From the NCBI GenBank assembly GCA_965277805.1, contig OZ255842.1:3328001-3392000 (forward strand): a DNA stretch of 64,000 nucleotides. The letters are read 5' to 3'. The stretch's first letter is position 1. Every line of letters starts with the position of its first letter. The translations under genes and the position numbers were made by a program. The DNA comes from Candidatus Lustribacter sp. Its GTDB lineage: Bacteria; Vulcanimicrobiota; Vulcanimicrobiia; Vulcanimicrobiales; Vulcanimicrobiaceae. The notes beneath the pieces are model-generated. The model was not told the origin of the DNA. It saw only the letters and a program-made list of their open reading frames with translations, and searched no databases. Shown here piece after piece: positions 30,193-39,021 of the stretch.

Positions 30193-31465
30193 CGTCCTTT
30201 GGTTCGAAGCGAAGTTCGGGAATCGGGATTACGAACGTTCCGCCGCCGGCGCGATAAGCGGCCTGCTGCGTCATGATCTCCTCGGCGAAGTTCCAAGCGA
30301 GGATCAAGAGCACGTCGGGCGGATCCTTGAGAATTTCTGCCGGATCGACGATCGGAATGTGGCTACCGCCCATATAGCGGCCGATCTTGAACGGGTTGAG
30401 ATCCGCCACGTAGTCGACGAGGCTCGAGTCGATGCCGAAATAACTGAGGAGGGTGTTCGCCTTGGCGGCTGCACCGTAGGCCGCGATGCGCTTGCCGTCA
30501 GCCTTGAGCGTGCGCAGCGTCGTCATGACCCGCCCTTTGAGGGCGTCGATACGCTCTGCAAAGTCACGGTAGAAGGCGAAATCGAGCAGCCCCGTTTCCT
30601 GTTCGGCCGCCAGCAGTTCGCGCACGCTGTCTTCGACCGCTTTGAACGGCGAGACGAAGACGCGCAGCGATCCGCCGTGAATCCGCGTGCGCTCGACCCG
30701 GTTCAAGTACAAGCCGTGGCTGCGAAACAAACGGTCGAGCGAGGTAACCGAGAAATAACACAGATGCTGATGATAGATCGTGTCGAATTCGCGGTGTTCG
30801 ATCAGGTCGGCAACGTACGGACATTCGATGACGGCCGTCCCGGTCGGCGCGAGCAGCGTGACGATGCCGTCGACGAAGCCGTTCAGGTCGGCAACGTGAG
30901 CCAGAACGTTGTTGGCTAAGAACAGATCGGCGCTCAGCCCGGCACTGTTCAGTTCGCGCGCGAGCCGGGCGGTGAAGAAGTCGTTGATCGTCGGGATGCC
31001 CTGCGTGTTGGCGGAGCCGGCCGGGCCGTCGGCGGGATCGATGCCGAGAACCGGGATGTCGTGCTCTTGAAAAACGCGCAGCATATAGCCGTCGTTACTC
31101 GCGGCCTCGATGACCAGGCTCGTGGGGCCGAGGCGCTTGCGGGCAATCAAATCCTCCGCGCTGTCCGCGAAATGCTTCATCAACGAGGGCGAGACCGACG
31201 AGAAATACGGATACGAGCGGCAGAACAGAATGCTCGGATCGACGGTCTGAGCGATCTGCACGAGCGAGCACGCCGGGCAGAACAGCACGTCGAGAGGAAC
31301 GATGTGTTCGGGTTCGCCCAACTGCTCGGCCGTCGGAAGCGCGTCGGCGAGCGGCGTGGATCCGAGGGAGAGAACGGGCCGGAGCCCGCTCTCTCCGCAC
31401 GAACGGCAGGCGGTGATGTTCGTGTAGACTGCGGCGGTTTCGCCGGCGAGCTCAGCCTGCAGCAA
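30173..31465 (-). CDS. NDP-4-keto-6-deoxyhexose C3-methyltransferase-like (TylCIII/EryBIII family)
   Basis: CRSC...[47 protein letters not shown]. Confidence 0.92.
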   Translation of the reverse strand: MLQAELAGETAAVYTNITACRSCGESGLRPVLSLGSTPLADALPTAEQLGEPEHIVPLDVLFCPACSLVQIAQTVDPSILFCRSYPYFSSVSPSLMKHFADSAEDLIARKRLGPTSLVIEAASNDGYMLRVFQEHDIPVLGIDPADGPAGSANTQGIPTINDFFTARLARELNSAGLSADLFLANNVLAHVADLNGFVDGIVTLLAPTGTAVIECPYVADLIEHREFDTIYHQHLCYFSVTSLDRLFRSHGLYLNRVERTRIHGGSLRVFVSPFKAVEDSVRELLAAEQETGLLDFAFYRDFAERIDALKGRVMTTLRTLKADGKRIAAYGAAAKANTLLSYFGIDSSLVDYVADLNPFKIGRYMGGSHIPIVDPAEILKDPPDVLLILAWNFAEEIMTQQAAYRAGGGTFVIPIPELRFEPKDVEHATG

Positions 31466-32513
31466 CGGGCACCTCCGTTTGCGAACGCGCCGTCAGCCAG
31501 CGCAACCCTTCGTCGACGCGTCCGGAGTCGATCAGGCTTTGCAGCTTCGCGATCCGTTTGTAGCGCGGTCCTTCGAAGTCGTCGAGGGAAAGTCCGAGTT
31601 GCGTGTACGTCTTGTAGAGTTCGCGCGCGCCGCGGCGGGCATTCCAGATCATCGGTGTCTTGGGGAAGGTGCGCGCGTATTTATCGCAGTTGACGCGGTA
31701 CGTGCGCGAATCGGCGTTATTGCCGGCGGCGAACTCCACCCGCGAGCCGGGAACCGTATCCCGCACGATTTCGGCGAGATCGCGAACCAGGTAGTTGTCC
31801 TCGGTGCGGCCCACGTTGAAAACTTCGTTGTGGATCAAAGCGCGCGGCGCTTCGAGCACCGCTGCCATGGCCCGCGAGATGTCTTCGATGTGGACGATCG
31901 GACGCCACGCCATCCCGTCGCTTTTCATGTAGACGGTGCCTTGAGTGACCGCATACGCCACGAGGTTGTTCAACACCAAATCGAATCGCAAGCGGGGCGA
32001 CACGCCGAACGCGGTCGCATTGCGCATGAAGGTCGGCGAGAAACGGTCGTCCGCCAGTTTGGTGATATCCCGTTCGCTCCACACCTTCGAGGTGCCGTAC
32101 GGCGTAACCGGATTGAACGGCGCATCCTCGGCGAGGAAGCCGTCGCCGCCGGCGCCGTAATAACTGCACGACGAAGAGAAAATGAACCGCTCGACGCCCG
32201 CCTCTTTCGCGAGCTCCGCAATGCGAACCGACGCGCGGTGGTTGATCTCGTACGTCAGCTCGGGGTTCAGATCGCCGAGCGGATCGTTCGAAAGGCCGGC
32301 CAGATGAATGACCGCATCGTAACCGTCGAAGTCGGCGACGACGACGTCGCGAATATCTTTGCGGACGGCGGGAATTGCCGCCGGCTCGGGACCGTAGGTG
32401 CTCTCGGCGAAAAGTTCGCTGTCTAGCCCCGTGACGTCATGACCGCGCTCCGACAGTACCCGGCTCATGACTGTCCCAATATAGCCGGCGTGTCCGGTCA
32501 GTAGTACTCGCAT
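31452..32513 (-). CDS. NAD-dependent epimerase/dehydratase (SDR)
   Basis: [41 protein letters not shown]. Confidence 0.92.
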   Translation of the reverse strand: MRVLLTGHAGYIGTVMSRVLSERGHDVTGLDSELFAESTYGPEPAAIPAVRKDIRDVVVADFDGYDAVIHLAGLSNDPLGDLNPELTYEINHRASVRIAELAKEAGVERFIFSSSCSYYGAGGDGFLAEDAPFNPVTPYGTSKVWSERDITKLADDRFSPTFMRNATAFGVSPRLRFDLVLNNLVAYAVTQGTVYMKSDGMAWRPIVHIEDISRAMAAVLEAPRALIHNEVFNVGRTEDNYLVRDLAEIVRDTVPGSRVEFAAGNNADSRTYRVNCDKYARTFPKTPMIWNARRGARELYKTYTQLGLSLDDFEGPRYKRIAKLQSLIDSGRVDEGLRWLTARSQTEVPVAAG

Positions 32514-33321
32514 CTGATGGTTCCCGATCCTTTCGACGGTTTATTTTCCAGGGTGCGTTGCCGCTCTGCCAGAGCGTTTCGAGCAAAATTTTCTCGCGAA
32601 TGGTATCCATGCATTGCCAGAACGATTCGTGGCGATACGCCATGAGCTGGCCGGCGCGCGCGAGACGCTCCAGCGGTTCCTTTTCGAAATGCGTTGCGTC
32701 GCCGTCGATGTAGTCGAAGATCTCCGGTTCGAGGACGAAGAAGGCGCCGTTGATCCAGCCTTCCTGGGCCTGCGGTTTTTCCGAAAACTCGACGATCTGA
32801 TCGCCGGTGAGTTCGAGGTGGCCGAAGCGCGCCGGCGGACGGACGGCCGTCAACGTTGCGAGCTTGCCGTGTGAGCGGTGGAACGCGAGCAGTTCGTCGA
32901 GATCCACATCGGATACGCCGTCACCCCAGGTGAGCATGAACGTCGACGAGCCCAGATACGGTGCGAGCCGCTTGATGCGGCCGCCGGTCTGCGTTTGCAG
33001 CGCTGTATCGACGAGCCGGATGTTCCAGTCGACGGTTTGGCCTTTATGAACCTTCACGCGGCCGTCGGCAAGGCTCACCGAGAGGTCGTGCCCGAGCTCC
33101 GTTTGGTCGAGCACGTAACGTTTGATGACTTCGCCTTTGTAGCCGAGCGCGATAACGAAATCTTTATGATCGTAGGCGGCATAATGATTCATGATGTGCC
33201 ACATGATCGGAATGCCGCCGATCTCCACCATCGGCTTCGGTTTCGTTTCCGTCTCTTCAGCGAGGCGGGAACCGGTGCCGCCGGCAAGGATCGCGACCTT
33301 TAACGGCGGTGTTGCTGTCAT
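32437..33321 (-). CDS. rfbF: Glucose-1-phosphate cytidylyltransferase
   Basis: [49 protein letters not shown]. Confidence 0.93.
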   Translation of the reverse strand: MTATPPLKVAILAGGTGSRLAEETETKPKPMVEIGGIPIMWHIMNHYAAYDHKDFVIALGYKGEVIKRYVLDQTELGHDLSVSLADGRVKVHKGQTVDWNIRLVDTALQTQTGGRIKRLAPYLGSSTFMLTWGDGVSDVDLDELLAFHRSHGKLATLTAVRPPARFGHLELTGDQIVEFSEKPQAQEGWINGAFFVLEPEIFDYIDGDATHFEKEPLERLARAGQLMAYRHESFWQCMDTIREKILLETLWQSGNAPWKINRRKDREPSDASTTDRTRRLYWDSHEPGTVGARS

Positions 33322-33418
33322 ATGATCAACGCGCTCCTGTGCTGGCAACGAAAGAGGTGCAAGGTACCAAATCGGTACCCTACGCAATCGTAATATTGCG
33401 GTCTAACAGGAGCGAGAG

Positions 33419-34117
33419 TCAGGCGTCCCGGCGTGTTAGTCCAAAGGTCACCCACTCGTCGTCGACGTGCAATATCTCGCGCTCGCCGGCCGCGTCCGCG
33501 CCGGCCGAGCACGCGACCGTGAGAACGTGCCGCTCGTCGACGGACACGTTGCTGAACGTGAGCTCGCCGGGCGCGTTCGGCGCGCGCAACGCACCGCCGG
33601 CGTCGAATGCGAACGCCTGTGGTTGAAAATTCCGCGCGCGATCGAGCGCTTTGGCGGCGGCTTCTTTGCGCGTCCATAGCAACGTGAATGCACGCGCGCG
33701 CAGCGGCTGAGCTAGCGCGCGAATCGACGCCGCCTCAGCCGGCGTACAGCTGGCCTCGATCAGCGCCGCTTCCGGCTCGTGCTCCGGAATCGCTTCCGCA
33801 TCGATGCCGACCGGCCCAGCGCACACAACCGCACATGCCACCAGCGTACGCGCATGCGTCAAACTGAACGTGAGACTGCTTCCGGCGAGCACCGGGCGGC
33901 CGGTCTCCGTGCGCTCGAATCGCCAATCCGCCGGATGCCCGGTTCCGGCCCGGGAGAGCGCCATGCGAAGCACGCCGTGTGCGGTAACGTACGCATTGCG
34001 GTCGGACGCGAGCACCAATTCCGACGCCCGCCGCCGTTCGCAGTCGTCGAGCTGGTTTGCCAGAAGACGTAACGACCGATCGCTCAAATCGTCAGGGTGG
34101 GCCCAAGCAATCAGCAC
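33419..34117 (-). CDS. 4'-phosphopantetheinyl transferase (Sfp type)
   Basis: GRPVL, FSLTH, VGIDAE, WTRKEAAAKA; divergent from the NRPS. Confidence 0.9.
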   Translation of the reverse strand: MLIAWAHPDDLSDRSLRLLANQLDDCERRRASELVLASDRNAYVTAHGVLRMALSRAGTGHPADWRFERTETGRPVLAGSSLTFSLTHARTLVACAVVCAGPVGIDAEAIPEHEPEAALIEASCTPAEAASIRALAQPLRARAFTLLWTRKEAAAKALDRARNFQPQAFAFDAGGALRAPNAPGELTFSNVSVDERHVLTVACSAGADAAGEREILHVDDEWVTFGLTRRDA

Positions 34118-34198
34118 GCTGGTCTTTACCCAAACGTCCCGCTAGTGCCGTCCCCGGGGTCTCTCCGTCGCCGCTGCCCGTCGTGAGACAGTTTATGC

Positions 34199-37100
34199 AT
34201 GAGCTCACCCGCTCGCCTGCCGAGTGCCGGCGCCGAACCTGCAGCCTACCCGCTTTCGGCCGTCCAGGAAGGGATGCTCTTCGATAGCCTCCGCGGCGAT
34301 TGCTCCGGACGCGGCATCGAGGTGCTCGTGCTCGAGCTTCACGGCACGCTGGACGCGCAACGGCTGGAGACGGCCTGGCAACGCGTGTCCGCGCGCCACG
34401 ACGCGTTGCGCACGTCGTTCTCGCTCACGGCGGATCGCCCGCTGCAGCACGTCCGGGGCTTCGCCGATCTGCCGTTCACGGTCGAGGACGTCGCGCTCAG
34501 CGGTCCCGACGAACGTGACTGGTACGTTCGCGCATGCGTTCAAACGGAGCGCCGCCGCGGCTTCGCGCTGGACGAGCCGCCGCTGCAACGCGTGCGGCTC
34601 ATTCGCTTCGGAGAGAACGCGCAGGTCCTCATCTGGACGAATCACCACGCGATCATGGACGGGCGCTCGCGCCGCATCGTGTTGCGCGAGATCGTCGACG
34701 CCTACTCGAACCTCACGCCGCTGCGGCCGGCGACCCCATACCGCCGTCATATCGCGTGGCTCGAAGAGCAGCGGTTCGCCGCTTCCGACGCGTTCTGGCG
34801 CGAACGCTTGCGCGGCTTTGCGGCGCCGACCCCACTGCCGGCGGCCTTCCATGCGTTGCCGGAGAGCACCGGCCTGCCCGAATCGGTCGAGCGCACCTTG
34901 ACCGGCAGCGAGGCCCAACGCGTGCTCGATTTTGCTCGCGCGCAGAACCTCACCGTGGGCCTACTGGTGCAGGCGGGCTGGTCGCTCGTGCTCGCCCGCC
35001 ACGCCGCCACGGCCGACGTCGTTTTCGGCACCGTCCGCGCGGGCCGGCACGCGAGTGACGGGGCCGATGCGGTCGGCTTGCTAATCGCGACGCCGCCGCT
35101 GCGCGTCAACGTGGATGAACGCGCGCCGCTCGTGCCCTGGCTACGCGAGGTGCGCGCGCGCTGGGACGAGCTTCGCGACCACGAGCACGTTCCGTTGCGC
35201 TCGATCGCCGCGAGCAGCGAGATTCCGGCCCCGCAACGGCTCTTCGAGACGCTGGTCGTCTACGAGCGTGAGACGTTCATGCGCGCGGTTGCGGATGACG
35301 TCGACCCGGAAGGCCTGCTCGGCATTCAACGTGCGTCTCTTTATGAGAATACCGGCTTCCCGCTCAGCCTGCACGCGGCCGGTACCACCGAACTGCAGAT
35401 GCGTCTGCAATACGATACGGCCCGGTTCGGCCCAAGCGATGCGGCCCGCCTGATCGACGAAGTGGTCACGATCGTCCGCGCATTTCCCGAACATGCCGGC
35501 GGCTCCGTCGCCGATGTGCCGTCGCTGACGCCCGCCGAGAGCGCGCGCCTCATCACGCAGTGGAACCGCGTGACGCCCTACCCGCATGAGGCATCGGCTC
35601 ACGAACTCTTCCACGCACAGGCCCTGCGCACGCCCACGGCGATTGCGCTCCAGCTCGGTACGGCCACGATGACCTACCGCGAGCTGGACCGCCAAAGCGG
35701 AACGATCGCCGCGCAGTTGCGCGCGCGCGGAATCGGGCGCGGCGACTTCGTCGCACTGCATGCCGAGCGCTCGTTCGAGATGGTGACCGGCTTGCTGGGC
35801 ATCCTCAAAGCCGGCGCGGCCTCGATTCCACTCGACATGCACTACCCGCCCGACCGTCTCGCGACGGTCCTGCGCGACGGCGCCGTCCGCATCATCCTCG
35901 TGCAGGCACCGCTGTTCGATGAGCTGCGTCCGGTCCTCGAGCTCCTCGGATCGGACGCGCCGGAGATGCTCGACATCGCCCCGCTTGCCGGCGCGTCGTG
36001 TCCGCCGTTCCACGCCGCGTACACCGGCGCGCTCGAACCGGCGCACGTGATGTATACGTCCGGTTCGACCGGCGCTCCGAAGTGCGCCGTGATACCGCAT
36101 CAAGCGATCGTCCGTACCGTCTGCGGCACCGATTATCTGCGCTTCGCCGCCGGCGAAACGTTCTTCGCTTTCGTGCCGCTGACGTTCGACGTCGCGATCC
36201 TCGAGATCTGGGGGCCCTTGCTCCATGGCGCGCGGCTCGTGCTGTGTCCGCCGGGCTTGCCGTCGCTCGACGTACTGGCGAGCACGATCGAGGCGCAAGG
36301 CGTTACGACCCTGTGGCTGACGACCGCGCTCTTCGAACAGGTCGTCGAGGAAGCGCTCTCGCACTTGGGCGGGCTGCGGCAATTGATCGTCGGCGGCGAC
36401 GTGATGTCGCCCGCGCATGCGCGCCGTATCATGACCGCGTTCCCCGCGCTTCAGCTCGTCAACGTTTACGGTCCGACCGAAGCGACCGTCCTGATCACCG
36501 CGCACCCGCTCGCGTCGCCGCCCAACGCACCCATTCCGCTCGGCGCACCGATCCCCAACGCAACGGTCTACATCCTCGATGCGAAGCAGCGGCCGGTTCC
36601 GGTCGGCGTGCCCGGTGAAATCTACACCGGCGGCGCCGGCGTCGCTCTGGGCTATCTCGGGCGGCCCGATCTGACGGCCGAACGGTTCGTTCCCGATCCG
36701 TTCTCGACGCAGCCGGACGCAACGATGTACCGCAGCGGCGATCTCGCGCGTTGGCGCGACGACGGCACGATCGATTTTCTCGGCCGCGTCGACTCGCAAG
36801 TGAAGATTCGCGGCGTTCGCATCGAACTCGGGGCGATCGAGTCGGCCCTCACCGATCATCCGCTGATTGCTGAAGCGGTGGTCGTCGCGCGGGGATCCGG
36901 CGCCGCCGGTAAGCAGCTGGCAGCCTATGTCGTTCGCCGGGCCGCGACGCTGGACGCGCGCGAGGTCAAGGCGTTTCTTGCAACGCGTCTCGCCGCACCG
37001 AGCATCCCATCCACCGTCGCCTTCGTGCCCACGATCCCGCGCACGGCGACGGGGAAGTTCGACCGCAAAGCGCTGCCCGATCCGGCTGCATTCGCCGGCG

Positions 37101-38116
37101 ATGACGAACCCGTCGCGCGGCGGCAAGCGGAAACGCCGCTGGAGATCGCGCTGGCCGGCGAAGTGGCGTCAGTTCTCGGCCTCGACGATGTCGGTCTCGA
37201 TGATGACTTCTACGCCTGCGGCGGCGACTCGCTGCGCGCGATGCGGCTCGTCGCGCGCCTGCGGGAGATATTCGGCCCGCAACTGACGGTGCAAGATCTG
37301 ATTGCAGCTCCCACGGTCGCCGCGCTCAGCCGCGTTGCCGGCGAGCTGCGTCACGACGCCCGGGCGCTACGCCCGCAGCGGCTACGTGCCGAGCGCGCCA
37401 CCGGCTCGCTGGCCCCTGTCTTTTTCTTGCACGGCGATCTCATCGGCGGCGGCCGGTATTGCGCGGAGGTTGCCCGGCGCGTTTCACCCGGCCGGCCGTT
37501 CTTCTCCCTCTCGCCGCACGGCACCGAGGGCGATGACTTCCCCGGCTCGATCGAGTCGATGGCCCGCGAAAACTGCGCCGCGATTCGCGAGCGCTATCCG
37601 CATGGCCCGGTGATTCTCGGCGGCTACTGCAACGGCGGCCTCGTGGCCTACGAAATGGCGCGCCAACTCGAACGCGCCGGCGTTACCGTCGCCGGGCTCG
37701 CGATCGTCGACGGCTTCATCTTCAACACCGAACGCTCGGCGCTCTCGGACTTCATGCGCCGCCAAGCGCGCCGTCATCTCCAACGCTTGGGGCTCGGCCG
37801 CGCGGTGGTACCGCCGGACGCAGAGCTCGCGAGCTGGCAAGTGCGGCACGAGAGCCTGGTGGAATCATGGTACGACGCGATGGCGCGTTATGTGCCGGCC
37901 CGCTACTCGGGGCGCACGACGCTGTTGTGGACCGGCGAAATGGCAGCGCGTTCCGAAGGTCTGACGCGCACCTGGAAACGCGTCGCGCCCAACGCCGTCG
38001 AGGGCGGCATCATTCCGGGCACGCACTTGACCGCGATCACGCGCCACCTCAACGAAACGAGCGCTATCCTTGCGGAAGCGCTCGAAGGCCGATTCGCCGC
38101 CGCCGCGGGCGGCTAG
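34199..38116 (+). CDS. Single-module NRPS, C-A-PCP-TE
   Basis: C: HHAIMDG. A: YTSGSTG.PK, YGPTE, YRSGDL, GRVDSQVKIRG.RIELG.IE, GKFDRKAL. PCP: GGDSL. TE: GGYCNGG...GTH. Confidence 0.95.
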   Translation: MSSPARLPSAGAEPAAYPLSAVQEGMLFDSLRGDCSGRGIEVLVLELHGTLDAQRLETAWQRVSARHDALRTSFSLTADRPLQHVRGFADLPFTVEDVALSGPDERDWYVRACVQTERRRGFALDEPPLQRVRLIRFGENAQVLIWTNHHAIMDGRSRRIVLREIVDAYSNLTPLRPATPYRRHIAWLEEQRFAASDAFWRERLRGFAAPTPLPAAFHALPESTGLPESVERTLTGSEAQRVLDFARAQNLTVGLLVQAGWSLVLARHAATADVVFGTVRAGRHASDGADAVGLLIATPPLRVNVDERAPLVPWLREVRARWDELRDHEHVPLRSIAASSEIPAPQRLFETLVVYERETFMRAVADDVDPEGLLGIQRASLYENTGFPLSLHAAGTTELQMRLQYDTARFGPSDAARLIDEVVTIVRAFPEHAGGSVADVPSLTPAESARLITQWNRVTPYPHEASAHELFHAQALRTPTAIALQLGTATMTYRELDRQSGTIAAQLRARGIGRGDFVALHAERSFEMVTGLLGILKAGAASIPLDMHYPPDRLATVLRDGAVRIILVQAPLFDELRPVLELLGSDAPEMLDIAPLAGASCPPFHAAYTGALEPAHVMYTSGSTGAPKCAVIPHQAIVRTVCGTDYLRFAAGETFFAFVPLTFDVAILEIWGPLLHGARLVLCPPGLPSLDVLASTIEAQGVTTLWLTTALFEQVVEEALSHLGGLRQLIVGGDVMSPAHARRIMTAFPALQLVNVYGPTEATVLITAHPLASPPNAPIPLGAPIPNATVYILDAKQRPVPVGVPGEIYTGGAGVALGYLGRPDLTAERFVPDPFSTQPDATMYRSGDLARWRDDGTIDFLGRVDSQVKIRGVRIELGAIESALTDHPLIAEAVVVARGSGAAGKQLAAYVVRRAATLDAREVKAFLATRLAAPSIPSTVAFVPTIPRTATGKFDRKALPDPAAFAGDDEPVARRQAETPLEIALAGEVASVLGLDDVGLDDDFYACGGDSLRAMRLVARLREIFGPQLTVQDLIAAPTVAALSRVAGELRHDARALRPQRLRAERATGSLAPVFFLHGDLIGGGRYCAEVARRVSPGRPFFSLSPHGTEGDDFPGSIESMARENCAAIRERYPHGPVILGGYCNGGLVAYEMARQLERAGVTVAGLAIVDGFIFNTERSALSDFMRRQARRHLQRLGLGRAVVPPDAELASWQVRHESLVESWYDAMARYVPARYSGRTTLLWTGEMAARSEGLTRTWKRVAPNAVEGGIIPGTHLTAITRHLNETSAILAEALEGRFAAAAGG

Positions 38117-39021
38117 AAGCCGATGAACCGGCCGAGGAGTCCGAAGATGTTGCTCGTCACGGCGGAACCGCCTTTGCGAGCAGCCGGTACGTAAACGACG
38201 TCGTTCTTCTGCAACGTCAGATCGGAGGCGATGTCTCCCTTTTGCAATTCGTTGTAGAGGTTGACCGTGTACACTTTCGTCTGGCCGCCGCCGAGATCGC
38301 GCGTGACGCGGATTGCGTTGAGGTCGGCATTCGAGTTCGCGGAATTGCCGGCTTTTGCAATCGCCGTCGATAACCGGTCACCTTCGCTGATCGAGACCTC
38401 GCCGGGTTTGTCGACGGCGCCCACGACTTCGACGTTGAAGGTTACCGGGCTCGGAACGTAGACAACCGAGTCGTTCGAGAGCACGGCGTCGGCACTCGTG
38501 TTGCCGCGGCGAAGGATGTCTTGCAGCGACGCATCGCGGACGCCCGAGACATCGCTGATGCGCGCCACCGGGTAGTCGCCGTTGGTCGGCCCCATGCCGC
38601 CGGCGGTCGCAATCGCATCGGTGACGTGACTGTTGAAGGGCAGCGTGTATTTTCCGGGCGTCTTGACGTTCCCGAGGACCATCACCGTGAGTTGCCCTTC
38701 GCTCACCACGCCGACCGACACGATCGGGGCACGCAGAAATTTCGAGAGCGCACGCGTCAGCGTCGCCGAGGCCTCGGCCGGCGTTTCGCTGCCGAGCGAG
38801 ATGCGCCCGATCATCGGATATTGCACCGTCGAGTCCGGCAGCACGGTAACGGTTTGGGTCAAGGTCGGCTCGCCGTAAACCGAGACGGCCAATTGATCGC
38901 CCGCATGGATATGGTAGTCGGCAGCGGTGGGCGCTCCCGTCGCGGCGAGCAACGGCACGGCCAGTACCGCCTGAAGCGCGAACGTGAAAGCAAAGGCCGC
39001 ACCGGCCCGCGTCGTGTTCAT
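38113..39021 (-). CDS. Polysaccharide export protein (Wza/OPX: Poly_export + SLBB)
   Basis: YHIHAGDQLAVSVYG, YPMIG, VLGNVKTPG, NDVVYVP; amphipathic C-terminal helix. Confidence 0.9.
   Translation of the reverse strand: MNTTRAGAAFAFTFALQAVLAVPLLAATGAPTAADYHIHAGDQLAVSVYGEPTLTQTVTVLPDSTVQYPMIGRISLGSETPAEASATLTRALSKFLRAPIVSVGVVSEGQLTVMVLGNVKTPGKYTLPFNSHVTDAIATAGGMGPTNGDYPVARISDVSGVRDASLQDILRRGNTSADAVLSNDSVVYVPSPVTFNVEVVGAVDKPGEVSISEGDRLSTAIAKAGNSANSNADLNAIRVTRDLGGGQTKVYTVNLYNELQKGDIASDLTLQKNDVVYVPAARKGGSAVTSNIFGLLGRFIGF

Noticed and set aside
33361-33381. AAGGTACC-AAATC-GGTACCCT inverted repeat upstream of rfbF
   Set aside because: May be an operator, but the spacing does not fit the N4 box, so it was not counted in the regulon.
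35141-37126. 661-aa ORF antisense to the NRPS
   Set aside because: Shadow ORF from high-GC codon bias; no motifs. The same applies to most Arg/Ala-rich ORFs in the track.
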